Positions 1 to 12,341 of a stretch of DNA of 39,951 nt are shown here, in pieces (position 1 is the stretch's first letter; every line of letters begins with the position of its first letter). The notes under the pieces were generated by a model, which did no database searches, was not told where the DNA came from, and saw nothing but the letters and a program-made list of their open reading frames with translations. The stretch covers positions 86,426,309-86,466,259 of the forward strand of contig NC_068990.1 of NCBI RefSeq assembly GCF_001194135.2. The letters run 5' to 3'. The position numbers and the translations under genes were made by a program. This DNA comes from Octopus bimaculoides. Taxonomy: Eukaryota.

Positions 1-316
1 CTTCTATATGTATATATATTTGCATACACGCACACACACACACACACACACGCACACACACATGCGCACACACACACACACATACAAGCACTCTTTCTCC
101 CCTTTCTCTCTTTATTTATCTGACTGTCAGTCTCACTACACACGCACATAAATAAAATAAAAGAACGCATACACATACATATATATATATTGATAGATAT
201 TGACACACAAATATCTCCTCGAAAACGTATAAACACTTTCAGATACAATCCCACAGTTACATCTGCATGTGCACTGTTTGAGTGCGTATGTGTCTGTGTG
301 TGTATGTATCGACCTA

Positions 317-391
<75 letters not shown>

Positions 392-477
392 GCGTATATA
401 TATATACACACTCTCACGCATGAACACGTGTTCGCACACACATATGTGCGTGTGTAGTTATATATTTATACGTATAC

Positions 478-681
478 TCTTTTACTCTTTTACTTTTTTC
501 AGTCATTTGACTGTGGCCATGCTGGAGCACCGCTTTTAGTCGAGCAAATCGACCCCAGGACTTATCCTTTGTAAGCCTAGTACTTATTCTATCGGTCTGT
601 TTTGCCGAACCGCTATGTTACGGGGACGCAAACACACCAGCATCGGTTGGCAAGCGATGTTGGGGGACAAACACAGACACA

Positions 682-767
<86 letters not shown>

Positions 768-928
768 CATACATAAATATACGACGGTCTTCTTTCAGTT
801 TCCGTCGGACTTTGGTCGGGCCGAGGCTATAGTAGAAAACACTTGCCCAAAGTACCACGCAGTGGGACTGAACCCGGAACCATGTGGTTGGTAAGCAAGC
901 TACTTACCACACAGCCACTCCTGCGCCT
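478..928 (-). mobile_element. tRNA-derived SINE, family A, near full length, with internal (TA)n/(TG)n microsatellite
   Basis: Minus strand starts aggcgcaggagtggctgtgtggtaag (A-box-like TGGCTGTGTGG) then ggttcagtccc (B-box-like), a CORE-like tttgggcaagtg segment, an internal microsatellite at about 670-780, and the tail ggtgctccagcatggccacagtcaaatgactgaaaaaaagtaaaagag. The same modules recur about 10 times in the window. Confidence 0.9.
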
Positions 929-1249
929 GTGTGTAATAACATATTTTATGTATGTGTCTATGTATGTATGTATGTATGTATGTATGTGTGCGTGTGCGTA
1001 TATGTGTGTGTGGGGGGGTGTAGGTGTGTGTGTGCTCCCACCAGTAGAACGATTAAAACTGGTAACAGAACAAAAGGATGTGGCAAAAGTGTTTTTATTC
1101 GTTGGAAGACATACCTACACACACGGAACATAGAACAATGTTAATTTATCAATAAATAAAATTTAACATGTGAATCTTTTATATTGCCGATGAAAATACT
1201 TAAGAACACCGAACAAACCGCCCCCACTCGTTCTGTACTAAACTATAAA

Positions 1250-1575
1250 GGTGTACTCCATCGGTTACGACGAAGAGGGTTCCAGCTGATACGATCAACG
1301 GAACAGCTTGCTCGTGAAATTAACATACAAATGGCTGAGCACTCACTCCACAGACACGTGTACTCTTAACGTAGTTCGCAGAGAGATGCAGAGAGATGCA
1401 GAATGTGACGAGGCTGACCTGTTGAATTACAGGTATAACTAATTTTTCCCAGCTGAGTGGACTGGAGCAACGTGAAATAAAGTGTCTTGCTGAAGGACAC
1501 AACGCGTCACCGGGAATTGAACTCACGGCCTTACAATCGCGAGCCGAATGCCCTAACCACTAAGCCAGGCGCCTT
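1250..1575 (-). mobile_element. tRNA-derived SINE, family C, near full length
   Basis: Minus strand ggcgcctggcttagtggttagggc...gagttcaattccc (A/B boxes), CORE-like gttgtgtccttcagcaagacact, and a 3' part actacgttaagagtacacgtgtctgtggag...gttccgttgatcg shared with 10021-10170 and 11592-11777. Confidence 0.85.
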
Positions 1576-1622
<47 letters not shown>

Positions 1623-2139
1623 ACACACATGGATTGGGCTACATGGTGGTATGTGTAACTATTTTTGACCTGACCAACTGTGACACCCTTCTACTTCCAT
1701 TTTAGATCGCATTCTATTAAAAAAAAAAGGAGGCACATATGCATGCGTCTTAAAATCGCCCTTGTATTCACCAGTAGAATATCTTTGAGCTAATGTCTAC
1801 AGGATTTAAATTGACTTGAGCTAAACGACAACAACAACAACAGCAACAACTACAACCACGACGATGACAACGGCAGCAACAGCATCAGGCATTAACAACA
1901 TATAACAGCAATGGCAGCATGACAAACAAGATAACCGTTTTAAATCTAGATGAAAATCGTTTTGCCGTGAAAATTTGGCCGCCATTTTGGGGGTTAATAT
2001 TTTTACGCATTTGTTCAGAAAAGAACATAATTTTTTTCACAAGCCTTTAGTTTATATCTTGTTTATATTGCTTGTGTGTGTTTGTGAGTGTGTGTGTGTG
2101 TGTGTACGTATATATACATACATTCATAATATATATATT

Positions 2140-2206
<67 letters not shown>

Positions 2207-2236
2207 GCATATATATATATGCATATATATATGCAT

Positions 2237-2267
<31 letters not shown>

Positions 2268-3646
2268 TATATATGTATATGCATATATATGTATATGCAT
2301 ATATATGTATATGCATATATATATGTATATGCATATATATATGTATATGCATATATATATGNNNNNNNNNNNNNNNNNNNNNNNNNNNNNNNNNNNNNNN
2401 NNNNNNNNNNNNNNNNNNNNNNNNNNNNNNNNNNNNNNNNNNNNNNNNNNNNNNNNNNNNNNNNNNNNNNNNNNNNNNNNNNNNNNNNNNNNNNNNNNNN
2501 NNNNNNNNNNNNNNNNNNNNNNNNNNNNNNNNNNNNNNNNNNNNNNNNNNNNNNNNNNNNNNNNNNNNNNNNNNNNNNNNNNNNNNNNNNNNNNNNNNNN
2601 NNNNNNNNNNNNNNNNNNNNNNNNNNNNNNNNNNNNNNNNNNNNNNNNNNNNNNNNNNNNNNNNNNNNNNNNNNNNNNNNNNNNNNNNNNNNNNNNNNNN
2701 NNNNNNNNNNNNNNNNNNNNNNNNNNNNNNNNNNNNNNNNNNNNNNNNNNNNNNNNNNNNNNNNNNNNNNNNNNNNNNNNNNNNNNNNNNNNNNNNNNNN
2801 NNNNNNNNNNNNNNNNNNNNNNNNNNNNNNNNNNNNNNNNNNNNNNNNNNNNNNNNNNNNNNNNNNNNNNNNNNNNNNNNNNNNNNNNNNNNNNNNNNNN
2901 NNNNNNNNNNNNNNNNNNNNNNNNNNNNNNNNNNNNNNNNNNNNNNNNNNNNNNNNNNNNNNNNNNNNNNNNNNNNNNNNNNNNNNNNNNNNNNNNNNNN
3001 NNNNNNNNNNNNNNNNNNNNNNNNNNNNNNNNNNNNNNNNNNNNNNNNNNNNNNNNNNNNNNNNNNNNNNNNNNNNNNNNNNNNNNNNNNNNNNNNNNNN
3101 NNNNNNNNNNNNNNNNNNNNNNNNNNNNNNNNNNNNNNNNNNNNNNNNNNNNNNNNNNNNNNNNNNNNNNNNNNNNNNNNNNNNNNNNNNNNNNNNNNNN
3201 NNNNNNNNNNNNNNNNNNNNNNNNNNNNNNNNNNNNNNNNNNNNNNNNNNNNNNNNNNNNNNNNNNNNNNNNNNNNNNNNNNNNNNNNNNNNNNNNNNNN
3301 NNNNNNNCTGTATCTCTCTCTCTATGTCTCTCTCTCTCTGTGTCTCTCTCTCTCTGTCTCTCTCGCTCTGTCTCTCTCTCTCTCTCTGTCTCTCTCTCTC
3401 TCTCTCTGTCTCGTACTCGCTCACTCACTCTTTCCAACGTATTCTTTCACTCACGCATCCACTTTCTCTCTATTTCGCCCAAGAGCTTTCTCATTGGTTA
3501 TTTCTTAGCCTCTTCCGTTTAAAATTTTTTTCTCTTCAGTCACATTGCACCTCTCACTCTTTCTCTCTCACCCTACCTACGCTCTCCCACCGCTCATGCA
3601 CACACACACACGCACATATATGTTTGCTTTAATTCGTGAATCTACG

Positions 3647-3687
<41 letters not shown>

Positions 3688-4044
3688 ACAGAGAGAAAGG
3701 TAGAGAGAGAGAGGGACGACATATGCAAGAAAGAAACACAGAGTGTGACATGTAAAACTGATGATTGAAAATGCTGTCATATCACATGTATGCGTGTGTA
3801 CGTACGTATGAATGCCTGTTTGCATGTATGCGTGTACATGTATGNNNNNNNNNNATATATATATATATATATATGTATATATGCATACATATATACGTAC
3901 ATACGTAATGCTTAGCTCTATACATAGTTATCCTCTACATCCTATACATGCGTTCAGCATCCCATCTTCTTTCAAAGCTTTTCTTTTTCTTTATTTCTTT
4001 ATCACCGTCATTCCTTCTCTATATTTTCCAATTTCTTTTCTCTT

Positions 4045-4130
4045 CTGATAAAGCACCGACTTCCGAAACGTTAAGTCTCTTTCCTTTTAAACTGTAAATT
4101 AATACAACCTTTGTTAAAACTTGTCTTTCT
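4045..4130 (+). mobile_element. Degenerate Penelope-like terminal segment with hammerhead-like core
   Basis: ctgataa-a-gcaccgacttcc-gaaacgtt after a T-rich tract. Order of the conserved blocks matches the minimal hammerheads of Penelope-like elements; G8 is substituted. Confidence 0.35.
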
Positions 4131-4900
4131 CGCGTTATCTACTTTTCTGATCATTGCCTAGTACATACATACGTGCATATATACATACATACATACATAC
4201 ATACATACATGCATGCATACATACGTACATACATACATATACAAACATACATACATACATACATACATACATGCATGCATGCATGCATACATACATACAT
4301 ACATACATACATGCATGCATGCATACATACATACATACATACATACATACAAAAATACCCTGTTCATATTGTTGAAATTCCAATAAAAGAGCCTTAGATG
4401 TAGGTTAGAAACCGTGTCTTTATTGGCAAGAAATATTGAAATAATGTTGAATAATGACATACTTAATATATGAATATACTGTCGTATGTCCAAATTTGGC
4501 CAAATGCGTTTTTCTCAATATTTATTTTTTCTTTGCAATAGCCGGTACTTTTGGTGAAACTATAGAATATCCAGCTGCTTCAGATGCCAAGATATCAAAA
4601 ATTGTCAAAGTTTACTACAACAGTTTTGCTATGGAATGGTGTAACTGTTTTTTTTTTGTTTTCTGAAAAAGCAACGTTTTGGACTTTCCACCCATTTTCA
4701 TAATAGCAACGATATATATANNNNNNNNNNNNNNNNNNNNNNNNNNNNNNNNNNNNNNNNNNNNNNNNNNNNNNNNNNNNNNNNNNNNNNNNNNNNNNNN
4801 NNNNNNNNNNNNNNNNNNNNNNNNNNNNNNNNNNNNNNNNNNNNNNNNNNNNNNNNNNNNNNNNNNNNNNNNNNNNNNNNNNNNNNNNNNNNNNNNNNNN

Positions 4901-4933
<33 letters not shown>

Positions 4934-5711
4934 GTGTGTATGTGTGTGTGTATTGTAAAATAAGAAAGGCATTTGCGTTGCGCTTCGCTTTTGCCTCGAA
5001 GAAAATTTCTCTCTATTTCCACGCAAATGTAAGAACATCATACTGTTTCGTATGCTTTACACTAAATTAATTTTAATTTGGCAAATCTCGGTACACACCA
5101 GCATATGTATTGTGTACCGTCCGCCCAAATCTGTATTGGATACCGCCTGCCCAACCGTTTCACTGATCACCTTCGAGACAGTTGTCTCGGCAGCGTTTTC
5201 TTTTTTTTCTCGTCTCGCCGTTTCTCCTCTGCAAATTACCGCAGCCGACATCTTTCTGTGTTTCTCGGATTCGTTTTTCCCCCCAGGGAGAAAAATGTAG
5301 ATATATACCATCAAAATCATCACCTACAAAGTCGTCAATCACTGAAACCTCTTTTCTTTAATAACCTCCACAAGCTACTAACACACACGCACACACATTA
5401 AATATACATATTAAACAGACAGCACTCAACACATACACATTCTACAATAATACACAAACACACACACAAACACGCGCGCGTGCACGTGCACACAATAGGC
5501 ACTACCACGAACTCTTCTCTATATATTCACAGCACGAATATACACACAGACGCATTTGCACACTTTCCATCGCAACTCCATGTAACCAGCATTCACTATA
5601 ACACGCAAAAATCCCCATAACATAAATGCATACAGATACACACGCACACACACACACACGCACACACACACACACACACACACATACGCACACGCACACA
5701 GACTAAAATAT

Positions 5712-6072
5712 CGCAAGCGTAACTATGTTGTAAGAAGCTTCCTTCCCAATCACATAGCTCCGGGTTCAGTCCCACTGCGTGCCACCTTGGACACGTGTCT
5801 TCTACTATAGTATAGGACCGACCAAAGCCTTGTGAGTGGATTTGGTAGACTGAGACACACATATATACATTTATAATTACCAGCGTTGCTAGAATTAAGA
5901 GTCGAAAAATATTCAAATAAGCCACTATTTCACTGATTAATTAATAATTATAATCTATAGAATAAGTACTAGGCTTATAAAGAATAAATCCCGCGGTCGA
6001 CTGATCGACTAAAACCCTTTAAGGCGGTGCTCCAGTATGGCCGCAGTCTAACGACTTAAAGAAGAAAGAGAA
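5712..6072 (+). mobile_element. SINE family A, diverged, middle replaced by about 100 bp of unrelated sequence
   Basis: Head gtaagaagctt...gggttcagtcccactgcgtg...ccaaagccttgtgagtggatttggtagac (5712-5852) and tail gaataagtactaggc...ggcggtgctccagtatggccgcagtc (5956-6072). Confidence 0.8.
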
Positions 6073-6399
6073 TAGACAAAAAATAGAATCATACATACTA
6101 TAAACACAACAATAAAACAAACATACAAATGCATGCACTCAGGACGCATACGCTATAACTAAAAATCTCCTGTCACGCACACACACACGATGGCCACACA
6201 CAGATAAAGACACACACATATACAATAATACAGACTTCATTCAGTGTTGCCACCCTCGGCGCTTTTGCAGATATGAAACGTCTTTTCTATCTACCTAACA
6301 TCCACTCATTCCCATGAAGGCTTCCCGTAGACAATATATATATTTTTTATCCTGTATTCATTTTTGTTTGTTTGTGCTATCTCTTTTCTTCTTTCTATT

Positions 6400-6510
6400 T
6401 TTTTGTGAAGAAGAGCAAACGCTCGAAACGTTAACGACCTTTAGATTTCTATTTCGTGGAGCGTCAACCTAATGTCATTGTTTTCTCTTTGTTTTCACAT
6501 TATTGATTCT
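6400..6510 (+). mobile_element. Penelope-like terminal segment with hammerhead-like core
   Basis: gtgaaga-a-GAGC-aaac-GCTC-gaaacgtt at 6405-6432: perfect 4-bp stem II and a GAAAC-GT stem III junction, preceded by a T-rich tract; C3 is substituted by G. Confidence 0.5.
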
Positions 6511-6941
6511 TCATGGTCAATTTCGCGCGCGCGCGCGCGCACACACACACACACACACACAGACAGACAAACACTACACACACAACACACACACATCTAT
6601 ATATATATGTACTCATTTATGCATGTATATAACCCGCACACATGACATCTATACTTCCGCTTGGAGAATATAGCTAACTGATTTCATTTCCTCATATCTA
6701 ACGTTTAAAAAGTAATTAAGCTTACATATATTAACTTCTCATATGAACAGCTCATAAACTCGCACACCAGAGCCATCACATCTTAACACCGAATAGACAT
6801 ATCGTTCTGATAATCAGGCCTCCCTTGAGAGTAAACAAATATCAACCAGGGAAAACATTACACTTATTTCTGAAACTTTTACGGTCCGTTGTGACTGCAT
6901 CTATTTGAATACATACATATACGTGTGTGTGGCATGTATAT

Positions 6942-7013
<72 letters not shown>

Positions 7014-9841
7014 ATATTTATATACGAATGTATGGTTCTTTGGCAGAGAGGATTAAAAACGTAATAGAATTTTCTATTGTTCACGAATCTTATTTTCTAT
7101 CATATTTCCGTTTGTTTTTGTGTATTTTTTTTTTAGTGTCTTGTGAAATATATTTTTTTTCAGAAATATTGTTCTACTTTTATTTTAAAACAAAGCAATA
7201 AATAAATAAAAATTGCAAAAAAAAAAAAAANNNNNNNNNNNNNNNNNNNNNNNNNNNNNNNNNNNNNNNNNNNNNNNNNNNNNNNNNNNNNNNNNNNNNN
7301 NNNNNNNNNNNNNNNNNNNNNNNNNNNNNNNNNNNNNNNNNNNNNNNNNNNNNNNNNNNNNNNNNNNNNNNNNNNNNNNNNNNNNNNNNNNNNNNNNNNN
7401 NNNNNNNNNNNNNNNNNNNNNNNNNNNNNNNNNNNNNNNNNNNNNNNNNNNNNNNNNNNNNNNNNNNNNNNNNNNNNNNNNNNNNNNNNNNNNNNNNNNN
7501 NNNNNNNNNNNNNNNNNNNNNNNNNNNNNNNNNNNNNNNNNNNNNNNNNNNNNNNNNNNNNNNNNNNNNNNNNNNNNNNNNNNNNNNNNNNNNNNNNNNN
7601 NNNNNNNNNNNNNNNNNNNNNNNNNNNNNNNNNNNNNNNNNNNNNNNNNNNNNNNNNNNNNNNNNNNNNNNNNNNNNNNNNNNNNNNNNNNNNNNNNNNN
7701 NNNNNNNNNTGTGTGTGTGTATGTGTGATTGTGTGTGTGTGAGTGTGTTTGTGTGTGTGTGTCTGTGTGTACATGAAACTATGTGGTGTTAATATTGAAA
7801 GACATCCAGGGACGATAAAAATCGATCTCTGCTTTGTTTTAGATCTTGGCCTTAGATAAATTCCCGCCCATTTCTCAGTTAATCTGAATATTCATGACCA
7901 ATGCTTCAACCGCCTTACAATAATTTGAATCCTTGTCATCAGAGTTTCTTCACTGCTAAAGGTATATACACTGCATTCTCTGGGAATCCGAGAAACAATA
8001 TATAGTGAGAAAATCCCCGTATTCCTTAAGAAAAAATCAATGATTTATTTTTGCTCTCAGAAGCGAACACTTCTTCTGAAACATTAAGAAGCGATTCACT
8101 GGTGACAATAGATAACACGGGAATAACTCGTAGTGGACACCTTAATTAATAAAAGTTAATTTCGGCTGGGTTGTTTCCTTTGCATCCTGGTAGAGCTCCA
8201 CAGTGTCTCACGTCAGTGACGTACAACATCTTTTATCACATGAGCTGCTTCGACCAACAAGATCGAAGCTTACCAACGGCCGATATGGACCTGTTTTTGA
8301 TGATGCATTCGGCTGAAACTTCACATGCGATTTATGTTAGTGAAAGTCATGGCAACAAACATTTGACTCAACAATTGCTCATTTTCAAATGCAAATTCTA
8401 CACATTGAGTTGAATGTGTGTGAGTGTGTGTTTGTCTTTCATTTTTTTCCCATAAGTCTGTGCCCGTCATAAATTTTCTGGAACTCTATCTACAAACCAA
8501 GAACAATTAGATAACGGAGAAGCAATGCCTCTGCATTTCATAATGAACATTATAAGTACCACTTAGAAAGATCTGCATCAGACGCCTGATTAAAAGGCGG
8601 AAGCCACAATGAAGAGAATAATCTGGAAAGTTAATTATTTTGATAAGGGACACACCTGAATAGCTGTTGAATATATAAATTTAAATCAAGGAAATGTTCT
8701 CCTTAGATGAAAGACATCGAGAAATTTTAATGCAGTCTGATTAAAATGGAGGAAAATAGCTATCTATGAGTGACTTTAAACCTATCAGCCGGGTGACCCG
8801 TATCTAGATGTTGTCTTGTATATTTGTGCGTAACAGCAGCACTATTTTAGCTGTGGGAGCAGTACTCCATTATGTTCGTCACCTGAATTTTGAAGTGTCA
8901 GTAAAATTCATGAGAGCGGAAGAAATTTCTGTTCTGAAGAAAAAAATCAGTCTTTTAGATGCGGTCATAGCTATGTCATGGATATGTTTTTACCAGGAGA
9001 GATCGTCCTCTATAATAAGGCCCAGCATCTATATATATATATATATNNNNNNNNNNNNNNNNNNNNNNNNNNNNNNNNNNNNNNNNNNNNNNNNNNNNNN
9101 NNNNNNNNNNNNNNNNNNNNNNNNNNNNNNNNNNNNNNNNNNNNNNNNNNNNNNNNNNNNNNNNNNNNNNNNNNNNNNNNNNNNNNNNNNNNNNNNNNNN
9201 NNNNNNNNNNNNNNNNNNNNNNNNNNNNNNNNNNNNNNNNNNNNNNNNNNNNNNNNNNNNNNNNNNNNNNNNNNNNNNNNNNNNNNNNNNNNNNNNNNNN
9301 NNNNNNNNNNNNNNNNNNNNNNNNNNNNNNNNNNNNNNNNNNNNNNNNNNNNNNNNNNNNNNNNNNNNNNNNNNNNNNNNNNNNNNNNNNNNNNNNNNNN
9401 NNNNNNNNNNNNNNNNNNNNNNNNNNNNNNNNNNNNNNNNNNNNNNNNNNNNNNNNNNNNNNNNNNNNNNNNNNNNNNNNNNNNNNNNNNNNNNNNNNNN
9501 NNNNNNNNNNNNNNNNNNNNNNNNNNNNNNNNNNNNNNNNNNNNNNNNNNNNNNNNNNNNNNNNNNNNNNNNNNNNNNNNNNNNNNNNNNNNNNNNNTAT
9601 ATATATATATATGTAAGTGATATACAAAACTTACAGTCTTTGATTATTGTAATCCATATGGCTTTACAATCTTTTCAATTATTACAGTCTCTCAAGCATT
9701 ACATATAACATTTGAGAACTGCGGTCTTTGTGACAGTACAACCTCTGATTATTGTAGTGTATGTGACTTGACCGTCTTTGATTATTAAGTTTAGGGAGCA
9801 CGCCACTTGTTCATTAGCATAATCTAAGTTGTTTCCCACCA

Positions 9842-9940
9842 TTTGATTAGTGTGGTCTCTGCGGTTTCTCAATATTTGATTAATGTGGTCTATGTGGTTT
9901 CAAAGCGTGTGATTACTGTGGTACGTGTGGCTTTGCTTAC
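9842..9940. repeat. Degenerate 33-bp tandem repeat, 3 copies
   Basis: tttgattagtgtggtctctgcggtttctcaata / tttgattaatgtggtctatgtggtttcaaagcg / tgtgattactgtggtacgtgtggctttgcttac. Confidence 0.65.
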
Positions 9941-10020
9941 TAATGATCCCTGAATTATTTGCATGTCAAAAATCCTGTTCAGATGCTTGTACCAGAATAT
10001 TTGAGATTCTAGCTTAACGC

Positions 10021-10170
10021 TGTGTCACGCTGAATATCCCCGAGAACTACGTTAAGGGTACACGTGTCTGTGGAGTGCTCAGCCACTTGCACGTTAATTT
10101 CATGAGCAGGCTGTTCCGTTGATCGGATCAACTGGAACTCTCGACGTCGTAAGCGACGGAGTGCCAACAG
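10021..10170 (+). mobile_element. SINE family C, 5'-truncated (3' half only)
   Basis: gagaactacgttaagggtacacgtgtctgtggagtgctcagccacttgcacgttaatttc...gacggagtgcca matches the 3' part of the 1250-1575 copy. Confidence 0.85.
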
Positions 10171-10727
10171 TAACAATAAAGTGTTTAATAAGCGATCAAG
10201 GTATGGTGCTCAACTTCGGTTATATTGCATTCAAATGATGAGGAGTTAGTCGCAACACATTCAAAGATACGTCGACAATACGATAAAAATTCCCCAATGT
10301 ATTTAAACGTCTCTTTTGACTCGGACAAAGTCATGAGAGAACAGATACTTTGTTTAATTTTATAGTAAAACAAACCGAGAGATATGTCTCAACATTTCCT
10401 GGATGGGAATCTCGGACCAAACGGAAGATACTACTGTTAGTTTACTTAACGCCTATTCCAGACAGTAGACAGCTTCCCAAAGCGGAGGAAGTATACCACC
10501 ATCTCTAAACAACTCCAATTCACACGCATAAACATACAAAGAAATGCTTACCGCCGAATCGAACATGCATGCTTGAAACTGATGTACCAATGCTTTATCG
10601 ACCAGACTAGTTCGTCAGTCTATGAAGACCCCAACATCTGATCTTATCTCGTTATTTTGCCAGGGTGAAACTCATAAAAGTCGAACTATAGGAGGGCGGT
10701 TCATATTTCATATAAAAATAACAGATC

Positions 10728-10758
<31 letters not shown>

Positions 10759-10880
10759 TGTATGTATGTACGTATGTATGTATGTATGTATGTATGCATG
10801 TACATATGTATATATACACTTATACGTATCTATTTGTATACATATAATGTACATCTCTCTCATTCTCTCTCTATATATAC

Positions 10881-10934
<54 letters not shown>

Positions 10935-11116
10935 TGTATATTTATATAGATAGATAGATAAATAGATAAATGGATAGAGACGTAGAATATATACATATAT
11001 ATGCTCGTATGTGTGTGTGTGTGTGTTCATGTAAACAATCCACAGACGTGTATACATACACTCTGAAGTAAACATCACGCCCTTTATAGTACACTATATA
11101 CATACCTTTAGACACA

Positions 11117-11151
<35 letters not shown>

Positions 11152-11591
11152 TGTATCCATGTCTGTATGCCTATGCTTGAGTGCCTACGAGTATGTGTGC
11201 GTGAATGGGTGAGCGTATGTGTGTAAATAAACACAAATTTTATATTGAGAAAGATCTGTATAGAATTGAACATAAGACAAATAAACAAGATATAGTGTTG
11301 ATATGTGGTTCTTCTAGTGTATATTAGTTCAACACTTGTCACACTGCCCATCTGCCTGCAGCTAATATATACTTCGTGTTTAGATTATTATGAACTCCTC
11401 CTTAACATATGGATGCAATGCATCAAGGTCGAAACGTCCTATTTGCACTCTTCGGAGATGATTTAATACTTAAACAAAGATGAGTTCAAGTTTATAAAAC
11501 TATATTAGAGATGGGAGCAATCATACGTACGTTCATACATGCATAAACACACACGCGCGCGCGCACACATACGCACGTGTATGCGTGCGTA

Positions 11592-11777
11592 TGGCACTCC
11601 GTCGGTTACGACGACAAGGGTTCGAGTTGATCCGATCAACGGAACAGCCTGCTCGTGAAATTAACGTGCAAGTGGCTGAGTACTCTACAGACACGTGTAC
11701 CCTTAACGTAGTTCTCGGGGGAGATTCACCGTGACACAGAGTGTGACAAGGCTGGCCTTTTGAAATACGGGTACAAC
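11592..11777 (-). mobile_element. SINE family C, 3' half
   Basis: Reverse complement of the same 3' module as 10021-10170. Confidence 0.85.
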
Positions 11778-11839
11778 AGAAACAGGAAGAACGAGTGAGA
11801 GAAAGTTGTGGTGAAAGAATACAGCAGCCTTCATACTTA

Positions 11840-11935
11840 CGTGGTCGATAAAACAAGGACTAGTTGGGCAGTGGAATCGATGTAATAGACCTCCCCCTCC
11901 CCCTAGCTTGCAGGCCTTGTTCAAAATTTGAAACT
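11840..11935 (+). mobile_element. SINE family B, old 3' fragment
   Basis: gtggtcgataaaacaaggactagttgggcagtggaatcgatgtaatagacc...gccttgttcaaaatttgaaac resembles the family B 3' half. Confidence 0.55.
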
Positions 11936-11953
11936 GATGTTATATCATCAATA

Positions 11954-12148
11954 GACGGAGATCCGGCAGAATCGTTAACACGCCGGGTAAAATGCTTAAC
12001 GACTTTTCGTCTGTCTTTATGTTCGGAGTTCTAATCCCGCCCAGGTTAACTTTGACTTTCAACCTTTCGAGGTCTCGTTAAAATAAGTACCAGCTGATTA
12101 CTGAGGTCGATATAATCGACTTACCCGCTTCCCCGAAATTACTGGCCA
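11954..12148 (+). mobile_element. tRNA-derived SINE, family B, diverged
   Basis: ggcagaatcgttaacacgccgggtaaaatgctt...gagttctaatccc...ctttcaacctttcgaggtc...aaataagtaccag...gtcgatataatcgact, homologous to the 36156 and 36386 copies. Confidence 0.85.
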
Positions 12149-12309
12149 GCTACATTATGTCATCAGTGTTACACAATCATTGCTTACAGTCTTGTTTTCC
12201 AACTTGTTAAATGATTTGTTTAACCCATATGTTGTTGAAACAGCTGTAACTAAAGAATAAATGCGATACCAGTAACGCCATTCTTTTACTTATTATTATA
12301 TACATATGC

Positions 12310-12341
<32 letters not shown>

